Notes: a model not told the origin generated them from the sequence alone. 64,000 bases of DNA from an uncultured Chloroflexia bacterium (GCA_963775225.1 CAVZHW010000007.1:135105-199104); one strand, 5' to 3'; numbered from the stretch's first letter, positions 21,109 to 31,125 are shown. Made by a program: numbers and translations.

Positions 21109-21948
21109 CTAAAGGTGGGGAGGGCCGCGGCGAATTCGCTCGCGCACCGTGTCAGCTGAATCGGTCTCCTCCCATCGACTTTCGATGAACCAGGTCGCGC
21201 CGGCGTCGGCCAGCGCCTGCAGGCGGGCGCGATCCGCCGCGTGGTCGGGGCCCTCGGTGATGCCCGCGGTGACGATGTCGAATGGAGCGTTGGACTCACG
21301 GTGCTCGGCCATCCACGACACGACGCCGGCGACGGCCGCGGGCGACGTCCAGATGTCGTCACGATCGGCGTCCTCGGACAGATCGGAGACCACGATGCCG
21401 TCCCAACGCGCCGCGCGCCCGAGCGACTTTGGGTACGGCCACGCCCCGACCGGCCACACCGGTATACGCGGTCGCTGTACCGGCCGGTCGAAGCGCAGGT
21501 CCTTCATCCAGTAGTGCTTGCCCTGGTAGCTGACGGTTTCGCCCGACCAGGCCAGTTCCAGGATGTCGAGGCACTCGTCAAGCTTCTCGGCGCGCACCCG
21601 ACGCGAGGGATCGTCGGTGCTCACGCGCGCGTAACCGCCGTCCCACGTGCCTCCCAGGCCCACCGGGAGCACGAACCGGCCGTTCGACAGGTTGTCGATC
21701 GTGCTCGTCTCGCGCGCCACCTTCCACGGCCGGCGACGAGCAAGCGAGAAGACCATCGCGCCCAGGGTGATCCGCTCGGTGACCGCGGCCATGGCGCCCA
21801 GGACCACCCAGGGGTCGAAGACGTCGCCGCGGTCAACAGAGATGTCGTCCCAGGCGAACACTCCGTCCCAGCCGCTCGCCTCGGCATCGCGGGCCATGTC
21901 GACGTAGTCGTGGACCGATCCGAACGACGTGATTACCCCGAACTTCAT
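21109..21948 (-). CDS. LLM-class F420/flavin-dependent oxidoreductase
   Basis: 279 aa. MKFGVITSFGS..., WDGVFAWDD and GRFVLPVGLGG are typical luciferase-like TIM-barrel patterns. Confidence 0.75.
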   Translation of the reverse strand: MKFGVITSFGSVHDYVDMARDAEASGWDGVFAWDDISVDRGDVFDPWVVLGAMAAVTERITLGAMVFSLARRRPWKVARETSTIDNLSNGRFVLPVGLGGTWDGGYARVSTDDPSRRVRAEKLDECLDILELAWSGETVSYQGKHYWMKDLRFDRPVQRPRIPVWPVGAWPYPKSLGRAARWDGIVVSDLSEDADRDDIWTSPAAVAGVVSWMAEHRESNAPFDIVTAGITEGPDHAADRARLQALADAGATWFIESRWEETDSADTVRERIRRGPPHL

Positions 21949-22631
21949 GAGCGGTGCCCGCCGTCAAGCAACATCCAACGGCCCTCGGAGATGACCTCGG
22001 CGGTGCCGTCGACCACCTTGATGGCGGTCTCGTCGTCGATCACGTAGGCCGGCACGGACAGGCCGGCCGCCCATGCCTCGATCGCTGCGGGAGAGTCGGG
22101 CGGAAGGCCGTCCTTGCGATCGAGGTGCGGGAACACCGAGAAATCCACCAGTCCCAGCGCCTCCGCGCTGGCGGTGAGAGGTTCGCTCTCGTCGTAGGTC
22201 GTTCCTCCGAAGTCGGGCGTCGCCACCATCGCTCCGCCGCTCGTGCCCACGTAGACGGTTTCTGGCCGCAGCGAGGGAAGGAGGTCGGCCAGGCCCAATT
22301 CGCGCATCCAGTAGCACAGGTACAGCGGGCTGCCGCCCCACACCAGCAGGGCGTCGACCTCCCGGACGGCCGACACCCAGTACTCCTTCTTGATACTGGG
22401 CAGCGCCGTGAGCTCGAGCACCCCCAGCGACTTCCAGCCCAGGCCACACATCGGACTGCGAGTTGCACCCGAGATGAAGTCATAGACGTGCCCGGGCCCG
22501 CCGCGGAAGGGCGCCACACCAGTGGGAATGCACAGCGCGCTCGACTCGGCGATAGTCTTGCCCAGCAGCTCGACCAGCGCCCGCTCGATGCTCGCGTTGC
22601 TGATGCCGGAGGAAGCCAGAAGGAATTTCAT
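21945..22631 (-). CDS. Peptidase E / S51-family (class-I glutamine-amidotransferase-like) protein
   Basis: 228 aa. The nucleophile-elbow-like segment VYVGTSGGAMV and the overall pattern fit the S51 dipeptidase E family. 4-nt overlap with the downstream LLM gene. Confidence 0.65.
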   Translation of the reverse strand: MKFLLASSGISNASIERALVELLGKTIAESSALCIPTGVAPFRGGPGHVYDFISGATRSPMCGLGWKSLGVLELTALPSIKKEYWVSAVREVDALLVWGGSPLYLCYWMRELGLADLLPSLRPETVYVGTSGGAMVATPDFGGTTYDESEPLTASAEALGLVDFSVFPHLDRKDGLPPDSPAAIEAWAAGLSVPAYVIDDETAIKVVDGTAEVISEGRWMLLDGGHRS

Positions 22632-22718
22632 GGTGCGAGCCTACCGCGTGGCCCACAATCGGGACGTGGCGAGGACGGCCGGGCTGGCGAACGCTGACAC
22701 TCAGGGAGCCACGAGTAC

Positions 22719-23063
22719 ATGAAGCTCATCGCTACCGAGATGATCACCCTGGACGGGGTATACCAGGGTCCCGGAGGTCGCGACGAGGACCGTCGCGACG
22801 GATTCGACCGCGGCGGCTGGGCGGGGTTACACGCCGACGAGGAGACGGGCAGCCACATAACCTCGCTGCTGGAGCACGCCGACGCGCTGCTCCTGGGTCG
22901 GCGGACATTCCAGATCTGGGAGCCGTACTGGCCGGAGCACGACGACAACCCGATCGGGCACATCATCAACAGCATTCCCAGGTACGTGCCTTCGACCACG
23001 CTGGCAAACTCGAAGTGGCAAAACACCAACTTCATCAAGCCTCGAGGTGGAAGTGCGCTGTAG
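22719..23063 (+). CDS. RibD_C/dihydrofolate-reductase-family protein, C-terminally truncated
   Basis: MKLIATEMITLDGVYQGPGG...LLLGRRTFQIWEPYWP is the family N-terminal half. It ends at 114 aa, while the paralog at 46816-47379 is 187 aa. Confidence 0.55.
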   Translation: MKLIATEMITLDGVYQGPGGRDEDRRDGFDRGGWAGLHADEETGSHITSLLEHADALLLGRRTFQIWEPYWPEHDDNPIGHIINSIPRYVPSTTLANSKWQNTNFIKPRGGSAL

Positions 23064-23075
23064 CCTCTCAGCGAC

Positions 23076-24041
23076 ATGGCCGTTATCGAGGCAGAGGGCC
23101 TGACCAAGCGCTACGGCGCCGGCCGATTCCCGCTCCGTCGAGGGCGCGAGACGGTGCGCGCCCTACATGAGCTGACGGTGAGTGTCGAGGAAGGCGAGAT
23201 CTTCGGCTTCCTGGGCCCCAACGGCGCAGGCAAGACGACGACCATCAGGCTATTGCTCGGTCTCATTCATCCCACCTCGGGCGGCGCACGAGTCCTGGGC
23301 CACGACATCGTCGGCGGGAGCATCGCCATTCGGGCTGCAACGGGCTACCTACCGGGCGGCATCGCGCTCTACGACACCATGACGGGCGAACAGATGCTCG
23401 ACTACCTGGGTAGTCTCTATGGCCGCCCGACGCCGCTACGCGGAGAGCTGACCGACCGCCTGGAGATGTCCCAGCGGACTCTCAAGCGGCAGGTGCGCGA
23501 CTACTCGCGCGGCATGCGCCAGAAGGTCGGCATCATCCAGGCGCTGCAGCATGACCCTGAGCTCGCCATCCTCGACGAGCCCACAGAGGGCCTCGACCCG
23601 CTCATGCAGCGCGCCTTCTATGACATGCTCGACGAGCGGCGCAAGGCTGGCCGCACCGTCTTCTTCTCGTCGCACGTGCTGTCCGAGGTGGAGCGCTTGT
23701 GTGACCGGGTGGCGATCATCCGCGCCGGTGAGATGGTCGCGCTATCCAACGTGCCCGACCTGCTGGCCCACCGCCAGCGGCACGTCGAGATGCGCCTCGC
23801 CGGCGAACCGCCCGCGCTGGACGGGGTCGGCGGCGTCTCGAACGTCGTCGTCCGTGCCGGCCACCTGTCGTGCGAGTTGGAGGGCGATGTCGGGCCCTTC
23901 CTGGGCGCCATCCATGGCGCTGCAATCACCGACCTGACGATCGAGCCGGCGCGCCTCGAGGAGGCGTTCCTCGAGTACTACGCCGACGAGGACGCGGCCG
24001 AGGTCGCCGCGGCGGCGCAGCCGGCCGAGGTGGCCAGGTGA
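23076..24041 (+). CDS. ABC transporter ATP-binding protein (ABC-2 exporter type)
   Basis: Walker A GPNGAGKTT, signature YSRGMRQK, Walker B LAILDEPTEGLD. Confidence 0.9.
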   Translation: MAVIEAEGLTKRYGAGRFPLRRGRETVRALHELTVSVEEGEIFGFLGPNGAGKTTTIRLLLGLIHPTSGGARVLGHDIVGGSIAIRAATGYLPGGIALYDTMTGEQMLDYLGSLYGRPTPLRGELTDRLEMSQRTLKRQVRDYSRGMRQKVGIIQALQHDPELAILDEPTEGLDPLMQRAFYDMLDERRKAGRTVFFSSHVLSEVERLCDRVAIIRAGEMVALSNVPDLLAHRQRHVEMRLAGEPPALDGVGGVSNVVVRAGHLSCELEGDVGPFLGAIHGAAITDLTIEPARLEEAFLEYYADEDAAEVAAAAQPAEVAR

Positions 24042-24841
24042 GCCTGACCGTCTTTCGTCACGTCGTGCGCCAGCAGCGGCTGCGGCTGTTGGTTGTCGTT
24101 GCCGCGCTGACGGGCTGGGGGATGCTGATGCCGATCGTCTATGCGACGTTTGGTGTCCAGATGCAGGACATGGTCCGCCAATTTCCGGCACTGCAGCAGT
24201 ACATGCACTTCGGCGGTGGCGACATGTTCACTCTGTCCGGCTCGATCGCGGTGGGCTACATCCACCCGATCGCGATCGCGCTGCTGGCGGTATTTGCCAT
24301 CGCCTTCCCACTCAGTGGCGTAGCCGGCGAGCGGCAGCGCGGGACGCTGGAAGTCGTCCTCGCCCGGCCGGTATCGCGGCGGACCTATTACGTGACGCTG
24401 CTGGTTGCCGCAATCCTGTTCATCGGGCTGGCCATGGCCGCAACGCTGGTCGGCACGGTCATCGCCGCTGCCGCAGTCAACGTGCTCGACCAACTGAAAC
24501 TGGAGAACATGCCGTTGCTGTGGTTGAACGGCGTTCTGCTCTACTTCGCGATCGCGGCGATCGCCTTCGCAGCGTCGGTCAGCTTCGACCGGTTGGGCCC
24601 GGCCGCGGGCATCGTGCTGACCATCGTGCTGGTCGCCTATGCGCTGGAGATCATCGGATCGCTCTGGCCCGATGCCGAGTGGGTCCAGCCATACTCGCTC
24701 TTCTACTACCTCCAACCGGACCTCGTGCTGCGTGAGGGCCTGCAGGTCTTCGACACGGCTTTGCTGCTGTTGGTCGGCGGTGCCGCAGTGCTGTACGCGC
24801 TGATCGTCTTTCCGCGGCGCGACCTGGCCGCGCCGACGTAA
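24038..24841 (+). CDS. ABC-2 family transporter permease
   Basis: GTG 24038 overlaps the ATPase stop (GTGA). Six hydrophobic segments. ORF 23870-24841 trimmed. Confidence 0.75.
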   Translation: MSLTVFRHVVRQQRLRLLVVVAALTGWGMLMPIVYATFGVQMQDMVRQFPALQQYMHFGGGDMFTLSGSIAVGYIHPIAIALLAVFAIAFPLSGVAGERQRGTLEVVLARPVSRRTYYVTLLVAAILFIGLAMAATLVGTVIAAAAVNVLDQLKLENMPLLWLNGVLLYFAIAAIAFAASVSFDRLGPAAGIVLTIVLVAYALEIIGSLWPDAEWVQPYSLFYYLQPDLVLREGLQVFDTALLLLVGGAAVLYALIVFPRRDLAAPT

Positions 24842-24852
24842 GAGGATCCGAC

Positions 24853-25230
24853 GTGGGCGCGACAGACGAGACACGGATCGATCGGTGGCTGTGCGCCGTT
24901 CGCCTGGCCAAGACCCGGCCAATCGCCACTCAGCTGTGTGAAGGCGGTCACGTCCGCGTCAACGGGAGCCCAGCCAAGCCTTCGATGAAGGTCCATGCCG
25001 GCGACCGAGTCGACGCGCTGATTGCCGGACGCGAGCGCATCGTCGAGGTAGTGCGGCCAATCGAAGCTCGTGTCGGTGCACCGGTTGCCGCGACCTGCTA
25101 TGTCGACCACTCGCCGCCACCAGTGGTCTCGGAGCTGGCACCTGGCATCAAGGTCGAGCGCGGCGAGGGCCGGCCGAGCAAACGTCTTCGTCGCGAGCTG
25201 GAGCGGATGCGTCGGATCGCGGGCGCGTGA
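24853..25230 (+). CDS. S4-domain RNA-binding protein (Hsp15/HslR-like)
   Basis: TRIDRWLCAVRLAKTRPIATQLCEGGHVRVNGSPAKPSMKVHAGDRV is an S4 alpha-L motif. 125 aa. Confidence 0.75.
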   Translation: MGATDETRIDRWLCAVRLAKTRPIATQLCEGGHVRVNGSPAKPSMKVHAGDRVDALIAGRERIVEVVRPIEARVGAPVAATCYVDHSPPPVVSELAPGIKVERGEGRPSKRLRRELERMRRIAGA

Positions 25231-25305
25231 CTGTTCGGCGAGACCGACGAGCAGTCACCGGTGCGACCGTCGCGTTGGCGATCGACCAGAGCGACGACTC
25301 CGCGC

Positions 25306-25533
25306 CTACGCGGCGGCGCGGGTCTTGGGGCCGTTGAAGTAGAGACCGAAGAGCGGGGCAAAGACGCACACGTCGAAGATGCCGGCCAGCAACGGCACAA
25401 GCCCCACGACGGCAACGACAATGCCAACCGCTCCGCCCAGCCAGAGCAGGCCGACGGCGATCAGCGCGATACCGGCGACGATGCGCGTGACCCGGCCGGC
25501 GGTTGAGACAAGAAACTTGATGAGCGACTGCAC
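25306..25533 (-). CDS. DUF2892/YgaP-like small membrane protein
   Basis: 75 aa. RIVAGIALIAVGLLWL...LLAGIFDVCVFAPLFG is the characteristic two-TM pattern. Confidence 0.65.
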   Translation of the reverse strand: MQSLIKFLVSTAGRVTRIVAGIALIAVGLLWLGGAVGIVVAVVGLVPLLAGIFDVCVFAPLFGLYFNGPKTRAAA

Positions 25534-25609
25534 CTGAGCTCTCCTTTTCGAGTTGACGGTGGTTCGTCAATCACTCTCGCGGAGCCCGCGGCGGGCGTCA
25601 GTGACTAAG

Positions 25610-26284
25610 TCACCCAGCCGCGGCCTTTTCGAGAGCCGCTAGATCGAGCACCTCGATCCGACCGCGAGCAGACCTGATCAATCCCTTGGCCGCCAGGTCC
25701 TCCAGCACGCGGCTGACTGCCTCTCGGGCGCTGCCGAGCTCGTCGGCGATCTCCTGGTGCGTGGTGAGAACGGCATTGCCCGTACTGGCACGTGCGGCGA
25801 TCAGGCCCGCGACGCGCTTATCGAGCCTGCGAAACGCGACCTCGTCCACGACGTTCATGACGCTCGCCAGCCGCTGAGCCACGAGCTGAACGAAGAAGCC
25901 GCGCCACAGCGACTCGCGCGCAACCCACTCGCGGAAGACCTGCGCCGGGATCATGACCGCCTCGGCGTCTTCCTCGACCGTGGCAATGGCCGGGAAGCTC
26001 TGTTCGGTCAGGATGGCATTCGCGGTCAGCACGCACGATTCCCCCGGGCGGAAGCGATAGAGAGTCACCTCGCGGCCCGTCTCGCCGAGTTGGTAGACCC
26101 GCACGGTTCCGGAGAGCAGGAGCGGTATGGCGGCCACCCGGTCGCCCTCGACGAAGACATCGCGACCCGCCGGGATATGGGCCAGGTAGCCATGCGTCCG
26201 GAACGCTCGGATCATTTCGGGAGTGGCGCCATGCAGGATCGGCAGCGCCGCCGTGATCCGCTCCAGCTCGCCGTCGTCAATCAT
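25610..26284 (-). CDS. Crp/Fnr family transcriptional regulator
   Basis: N-terminal cNMP-binding-like beta-roll and a C-terminal HTH (THQEIADELGSAREAVSRVLEDLAAKGLI). Divergent from nifJ. Confidence 0.85.
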   Translation of the reverse strand: MIDDGELERITAALPILHGATPEMIRAFRTHGYLAHIPAGRDVFVEGDRVAAIPLLLSGTVRVYQLGETGREVTLYRFRPGESCVLTANAILTEQSFPAIATVEEDAEAVMIPAQVFREWVARESLWRGFFVQLVAQRLASVMNVVDEVAFRRLDKRVAGLIAARASTGNAVLTTHQEIADELGSAREAVSRVLEDLAAKGLIRSARGRIEVLDLAALEKAAAG

Positions 26285-26398
26285 CCGCCAGTGACACTAC
26301 CGCACGCCACCATGCGACGGCCCTGTCACGCAACTTGGCTGATCAGGGCGACACTATGCGCAGCCGTTGCTCACGGAACGAACCACAGGGAGAGCCAA

Positions 26399-29300
26399 GT
26401 GGACGCAGGTTGGGAAGCCATGGACGGCAACGAGGCGGCCGCGCGGGTCGCCTATGCACTGTCAGAAATCATCGCGATCTACCCCATCACGCCGGCCTCC
26501 CCGATGGCCGAGCACTGCGACGACTGGTCCGCCGCCGGCCAGCCGAACCTGTGGGGGCAGGTACCCGAAGTCATGGAGATGCAATCCGAAGCCGGAGCCG
26601 CCGGCGCACTCCACGGCGCGCTGCAGAAGGGCAGCCTGGCGACCACGTTCACGGCGAGCCAGGGACTGCTGCTCATGATCCCGAACATGTTCAAGATCGC
26701 CGGCGAGCTGACTCCGGCGGTCATCCATGTCGCGGCGCGGACGGTGGCAACGCATGCCCTGTCGATCTTCGGCGACCACAGTGACGTGATGCACACGCGC
26801 AGTGCGGGCTGGGCGATGCTGGCCTCCGGCTCCGTCCAGGAGGCCCACGACATGGCGCTCGTGGCTCACGCTGCAACCCTGCGCACCCGTGTTCCGTTCC
26901 TGCACTTCTTCGACGGCTTCCGAACGAGCCACGAGGTCAACAAGATCGAGCTGCTGGCCGACGACGACTTGCGGGCCCTCGTACGAGAAGCGGACGTGCT
27001 CGAGTTCCGCCACCGCGGACTTACGCCCGATGCACCGGTGGTGCGCGGGACGGCGCAAAACCCGGACGTCTTCTTCCAGGCGCGCGAGGCGGCCAACCCG
27101 TTCTATGAAGCGGTCCCACGGATCGTGGCAGAGGTGATGGACGAGTTTGCCCAGCGGACGGGACGGCGCTACAACCTGGTCGACTACCACGGCGCGCCCG
27201 ACGCCGAGCGCGTCGCCGTAATCATGGGCTCGGGCGCCGGCGCCCTGCGCGAGACTGTCGATGCGCTGAACGCCGCTGGCGAGCGAGTTGGAATGATCAC
27301 GATCCGGCTGTTCCAGCCGTTCCCGATCGACGCGCTGGTGGACGCGCTGCCGAAAACGACGCGCGCAGTTGCCGTGCTCGACCGCACCAAGGAGCCCGGC
27401 GCTGTGGGCGAGCCGCTCTACCTCGCCGTTCGGGCGGCCCTGGCAGAAGAGGCGGAGAGCGGCCGCTCCCGCTTCGAACACCCGCCGCGCATCATCGGTG
27501 GCCGCTACGGGCTCGCCTCGAAGGAGTTCACGCCGCAGATGGCCAAGCCGATCTTCGACGAGCTGTCGATGGACGAGCCACGGCGCCGCTTCACGGTCGG
27601 CATCTACGACGACGTCAGCAACCTGTCGCTGCCCATCGACCTCGAGTTCGGCGCGCCGCGACCGGCAGGGGAGGTCCAGGCGATCTTCTACGGGCTCGGA
27701 GCCGACGGCACGGTGGGGGCCAACAAGGCTTCGGTCAAGATCATCGCCGAGGAAACGGACCTGTTCGCGCAGGGCTACTTCGTCTACGACTCCAAGAAGT
27801 CGGGCTCGATGACGATCAGCCATTTGCGCTTCGGCCCGCAACCGATCGAGTCGACCTACCTGATCGACCAGGCCGACTTCGTCGCGTGCCACCAGTGGGG
27901 CCTGCTGGGCAAGGTAAGCATGCTCGACCACGCCAAGCCCGGCGCCACCTTCCTGCTCAACGCGCCGTACGGCGCGGACGAGGTGTGGCAGCACCTGCCC
28001 GCCGACGTCCAGCGTGACATGGTCGAAAAGCACATCAACCTGTGGGTCATCGACGCGCTCGCCGTCGCTGCCGAAACCGGCATGGGCAACCGGATCAACA
28101 CGATCATGCAGCCGTGCTTCTTCCAGCTTGCCGGCGTCCTGCCCGCGGATGAGGCGATCGCGCAGATCAAGCACTTCGTCGACAAGACCTATTCGAAGCG
28201 TGGCGAAGCCGTCGTCGCGCGCAACTACGCGGCCATCGACAGCAGCCTGGCGGGTCTCGCCCAAGTGCCACTCGGCAAGCCGACCGGCGAGGCCGCCACC
28301 GGCTTCACGCTGCCCGAGCAGGCGCCCGAGTTCGTCAAGCGCGTGACCGCCGTGATGATGGCCGGCGAGGGGGACCGCCTGCCGGTCAGCGCCCTGCCGG
28401 TCGACGGCACCTTCCCAAGCGGGACGACGAAGTATGAGAAGCGCGCCATTGCTCAGAGCATCCCCGTGTGGGATCCGGCAATCTGCATCGACTGCGGCAA
28501 GTGCGCGATGGTCTGTCCGCACGCGACGATCCGTATGAAGGTATTCCCCGAGTCGTCGCTGGCGGGTGCGCCGGCCAGCTTCATCCACAAGGAGTTCCGG
28601 TCGCGCGAGCTGCCCGGCCATCGGCTGACGATCCAGGTGGCGCCTGACGATTGCACGGGCTGCGGCGTCTGCGTCGACGTCTGTCCGGCGAAGTCGAAGA
28701 CGGAAGTGCGACACAAGGCAATCAACATGGAGCCTGTCCTCGAGCACAGCGACGTCGAGCGCGAGCGCTGGGACTTCTTCCAGACGATCCCGCGACTCGA
28801 CGATGGCCTTGTGTCACCGGAGACGGTCAAGGGCAGTCAGCTGCTCGAGCCGCTGTTCGAGTTTTCCGGCGCGTGCGGCGGCTGTGGCGAAACGCCGTAC
28901 ATCCGATTGGTAAGCCAGCTGTTCGGCGAGCGGATGGTCGTCGCCAACGCGACAGGCTGCTCCTCGATCTACGGCGCGAACCTGCCGACGACGCCGTGGA
29001 CGGTCAACGCGACCGGGCGCGGGCCGGCGTGGAACAACTCGCTGTTCGAGGACAACGCGGAGTTTGGCCTGGGCTTTCGCCTCGCGCTTGACGCGCAGAC
29101 AAACCAGGCACGCCGCCTGCTCGCGGCGCTCGCCCCGGAGATCGGCAGCGAGCTCGTCGCCGAGGTGCTCGAATCAAATCAGGCCGACGAGGCGGAGATC
29201 CGCCGCCAGCGCGAGCGCGTCGGCCGAATCAGGGAGGCGCTGGAGAAGCTGGCGTCGTCGAGCGCGGAGGCGCGTTCGCTGCTCGCTCTGACCGACAGCC

Positions 29301-30037
29301 TGGTCCGCCAGGGCATCTGGATAATCGGTGGTGATGGCTGGGCGTACGATATCGGCTTCGGCGGGCTCGACCAGGTGCTCAGCTCCGGTCGGAACGTGAA
29401 CATCCTGGTGCTCGACACCGAGGTCTACTCGAATACCGGCGGACAGGCCAGCAAGGCCACGCCGCGCGGCGCCGTGGCGAAGTTCGCGGCCGCGGGCAAA
29501 GGCACGACCAAGAAGGACCTGGGCGCGATCGCGCGTGCCTACGGCAACGTCTACGTGGCCCAGGTCTCGATGGGTGCCAACGACCAGCAGACGCTGCGTG
29601 CGCTGCTCGAGGCCGACGCATGGCCGGGGCCCTCGCTCGTCATCGCCTACTCGACGTGCATCGCCCACGGCATCGACATGTCGCTCTCGATGAGTCACCA
29701 GAAGGACGCCGTGCGCTCGGGTTTCTGGCCGCTGTACCGCTTCCGGCCCTCGGAGAGCGAGGGCGGCCAGCCGTTCAAGCTCGACTCCACCAAGCCCTCG
29801 ATCCCGCTGCACGACTTCATGGCCTCGGAGACGCGCTTCGCGGTCCTGGAACGGACGCACCCGGAGCGGGCCGCGGAGCTGGCCCTCCTGGCCCAGGCCG
29901 ACGTCGACGAGCGGTGGCGTTACTACGAGCAGCTGGCAGGCATCAGCCGGACGGTGCCGCACCTGCCGCCGCCCGAGGTGCGCGAGGAAGTCGAGAGCGA
30001 CGCCGGTACGCGGCCGACCAACCGAGTAGCGTCATGA
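26399..30037 (+). CDS. nifJ: Pyruvate:ferredoxin (flavodoxin) oxidoreductase, single-chain type
   Basis: ORF 25757-30037 trimmed to GTG 26399 (GGGAGAG 7 nt upstream; ATG 26420 is the alternative). N-terminus reads MDGNEAAARVAYALSEIIAIYPITPASPM. Two 4Fe-4S motifs, CIDCGKCAMVCP and CTGCGVCVDVCP. TPP motif GGDGWAYDIGFGG. Confidence 0.9.
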   Translation: MDAGWEAMDGNEAAARVAYALSEIIAIYPITPASPMAEHCDDWSAAGQPNLWGQVPEVMEMQSEAGAAGALHGALQKGSLATTFTASQGLLLMIPNMFKIAGELTPAVIHVAARTVATHALSIFGDHSDVMHTRSAGWAMLASGSVQEAHDMALVAHAATLRTRVPFLHFFDGFRTSHEVNKIELLADDDLRALVREADVLEFRHRGLTPDAPVVRGTAQNPDVFFQAREAANPFYEAVPRIVAEVMDEFAQRTGRRYNLVDYHGAPDAERVAVIMGSGAGALRETVDALNAAGERVGMITIRLFQPFPIDALVDALPKTTRAVAVLDRTKEPGAVGEPLYLAVRAALAEEAESGRSRFEHPPRIIGGRYGLASKEFTPQMAKPIFDELSMDEPRRRFTVGIYDDVSNLSLPIDLEFGAPRPAGEVQAIFYGLGADGTVGANKASVKIIAEETDLFAQGYFVYDSKKSGSMTISHLRFGPQPIESTYLIDQADFVACHQWGLLGKVSMLDHAKPGATFLLNAPYGADEVWQHLPADVQRDMVEKHINLWVIDALAVAAETGMGNRINTIMQPCFFQLAGVLPADEAIAQIKHFVDKTYSKRGEAVVARNYAAIDSSLAGLAQVPLGKPTGEAATGFTLPEQAPEFVKRVTAVMMAGEGDRLPVSALPVDGTFPSGTTKYEKRAIAQSIPVWDPAICIDCGKCAMVCPHATIRMKVFPESSLAGAPASFIHKEFRSRELPGHRLTIQVAPDDCTGCGVCVDVCPAKSKTEVRHKAINMEPVLEHSDVERERWDFFQTIPRLDDGLVSPETVKGSQLLEPLFEFSGACGGCGETPYIRLVSQLFGERMVVANATGCSSIYGANLPTTPWTVNATGRGPAWNNSLFEDNAEFGLGFRLALDAQTNQARRLLAALAPEIGSELVAEVLESNQADEAEIRRQRERVGRIREALEKLASSSAEARSLLALTDSLVRQGIWIIGGDGWAYDIGFGGLDQVLSSGRNVNILVLDTEVYSNTGGQASKATPRGAVAKFAAAGKGTTKKDLGAIARAYGNVYVAQVSMGANDQQTLRALLEADAWPGPSLVIAYSTCIAHGIDMSLSMSHQKDAVRSGFWPLYRFRPSESEGGQPFKLDSTKPSIPLHDFMASETRFAVLERTHPERAAELALLAQADVDERWRYYEQLAGISRTVPHLPPPEVREEVESDAGTRPTNRVAS

Positions 30038-31125
30038 CCCTCGATACCACCACCCGCTATCTCGGCCTTGGGCTTCGCTCGCCGCTCGTCGCGTCGGCCT
30101 CGCCACTGACGGCGAAGGCCGAGGTCGCCGCGCTGCTCGAAGCCTCGGGCGCCGGCGCGATCGTCCTGCCCTCGCTCTTCGAGGAAGAGATCCGGGCCGA
30201 AGAGCTCGGCCTGAACGCCGCCCTCGAGCAGGGGACCAACCAATACGCCGAGGCGCTCGACTATTTCCCGGCGATGCCCGAACTGATCAACGCCGGCGAG
30301 CGCTACCTGGCCAACCTCGAAAACGTACGTTCCCAGATCTCCCTTCCTTTGATCGCGAGCCTCAACGCCACCAGCGAAGGTGGCTGGGTGCGCTATGCCC
30401 GACTGCTGGCCGACGCCGGCGCCGACGCGATCGAGCTCAACATCTACCACCTCGCGGCCGACCCGCACCTCTCGCCGTTGGACGTGGAGGAGTCCGATCT
30501 CGACATCATCGCGGCCGTTCGCGCGGCGGTGGACGTTCCGCTTGCCGTCAAGCTCAGCCCGCACTACACCGCGCTCGCCTCGTTCGCGGCGCGCGTGGTC
30601 GTCGCCGGCGCGAACGGGCTCGTCCTGTTCAACCGCTTCTACCAGCCCGACCTCGACCTCGACACCTTCGACGTGATCGCCAGCCACGAGCTCTCCCGGC
30701 CGTCTGACGGGCGCCAGGCGCTGCGTTGGATCGGCATCCTGCGCGCGCAGCTCGGACCGGACGTCTCGCTCGCCGCGACATCCGGCGTGTGGAGCGGGAC
30801 GGACGCGCTCAAGCTGATCGCGGTTGGTGCCGATGTCGCGATGACCACGTCGGCCCTCCTGCACCACGGTCCGGCGTATCTGGCCACGATGGCTGCGGAG
30901 CTGCAGGCGTGGTTGGTCGAGCACGAGTACGAGTCGGTGCGCCAGCTGTGTGGCAGCGCGAGCGCGGCCTCGGTACCCGACCCGGCAGCCTTCGAGCGGG
31001 CGAACTACATGCGCAATCTGCGCAGCTGGAGCTGGCCACCCGGCCTCGAGCCGTGGACGCCGTCCGGCGGCGCGGTGACGGTTCAGCAGCTGGCGAGCAT
31101 GCGCGTCGCCGACCCAGACGATTAA
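30034..31125 (+). CDS. Dihydroorotate-dehydrogenase-like (class-1 DHOD/DHPD fold) protein
   Basis: ATG 30034 overlaps the nifJ stop (ATGA). TIM-barrel pattern LRSPLVASASPL, AIELNIY, LVLFNRF, ATSGV. Confidence 0.7.
   Translation: MTLDTTTRYLGLGLRSPLVASASPLTAKAEVAALLEASGAGAIVLPSLFEEEIRAEELGLNAALEQGTNQYAEALDYFPAMPELINAGERYLANLENVRSQISLPLIASLNATSEGGWVRYARLLADAGADAIELNIYHLAADPHLSPLDVEESDLDIIAAVRAAVDVPLAVKLSPHYTALASFAARVVVAGANGLVLFNRFYQPDLDLDTFDVIASHELSRPSDGRQALRWIGILRAQLGPDVSLAATSGVWSGTDALKLIAVGADVAMTTSALLHHGPAYLATMAAELQAWLVEHEYESVRQLCGSASAASVPDPAAFERANYMRNLRSWSWPPGLEPWTPSGGAVTVQQLASMRVADPDD

Noticed and set aside
20956-21159. 67-aa ORF resembling the C-terminal end of a TPR/LAL-type regulator (ARETLTRLGARPYLDRLEAAL)
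   Set aside because: The similarity is a short, low-information helix pattern, and the ORF overlaps the 3' end of the LLM gene. That is not enough to call a relic.
26285-26398. Search for a CRP/FNR box between the Crp/Fnr gene and nifJ
   Set aside because: Only loose half-sites (TGACA...TGTCA 26 nt apart, and a TGATCA palindrome) are present. None has the canonical spacing, so I make no call.
26462-28747. 761-aa minus-strand ORF
   Set aside because: It is antisense to nifJ (unmistakable PFOR motifs). Shadow ORF.
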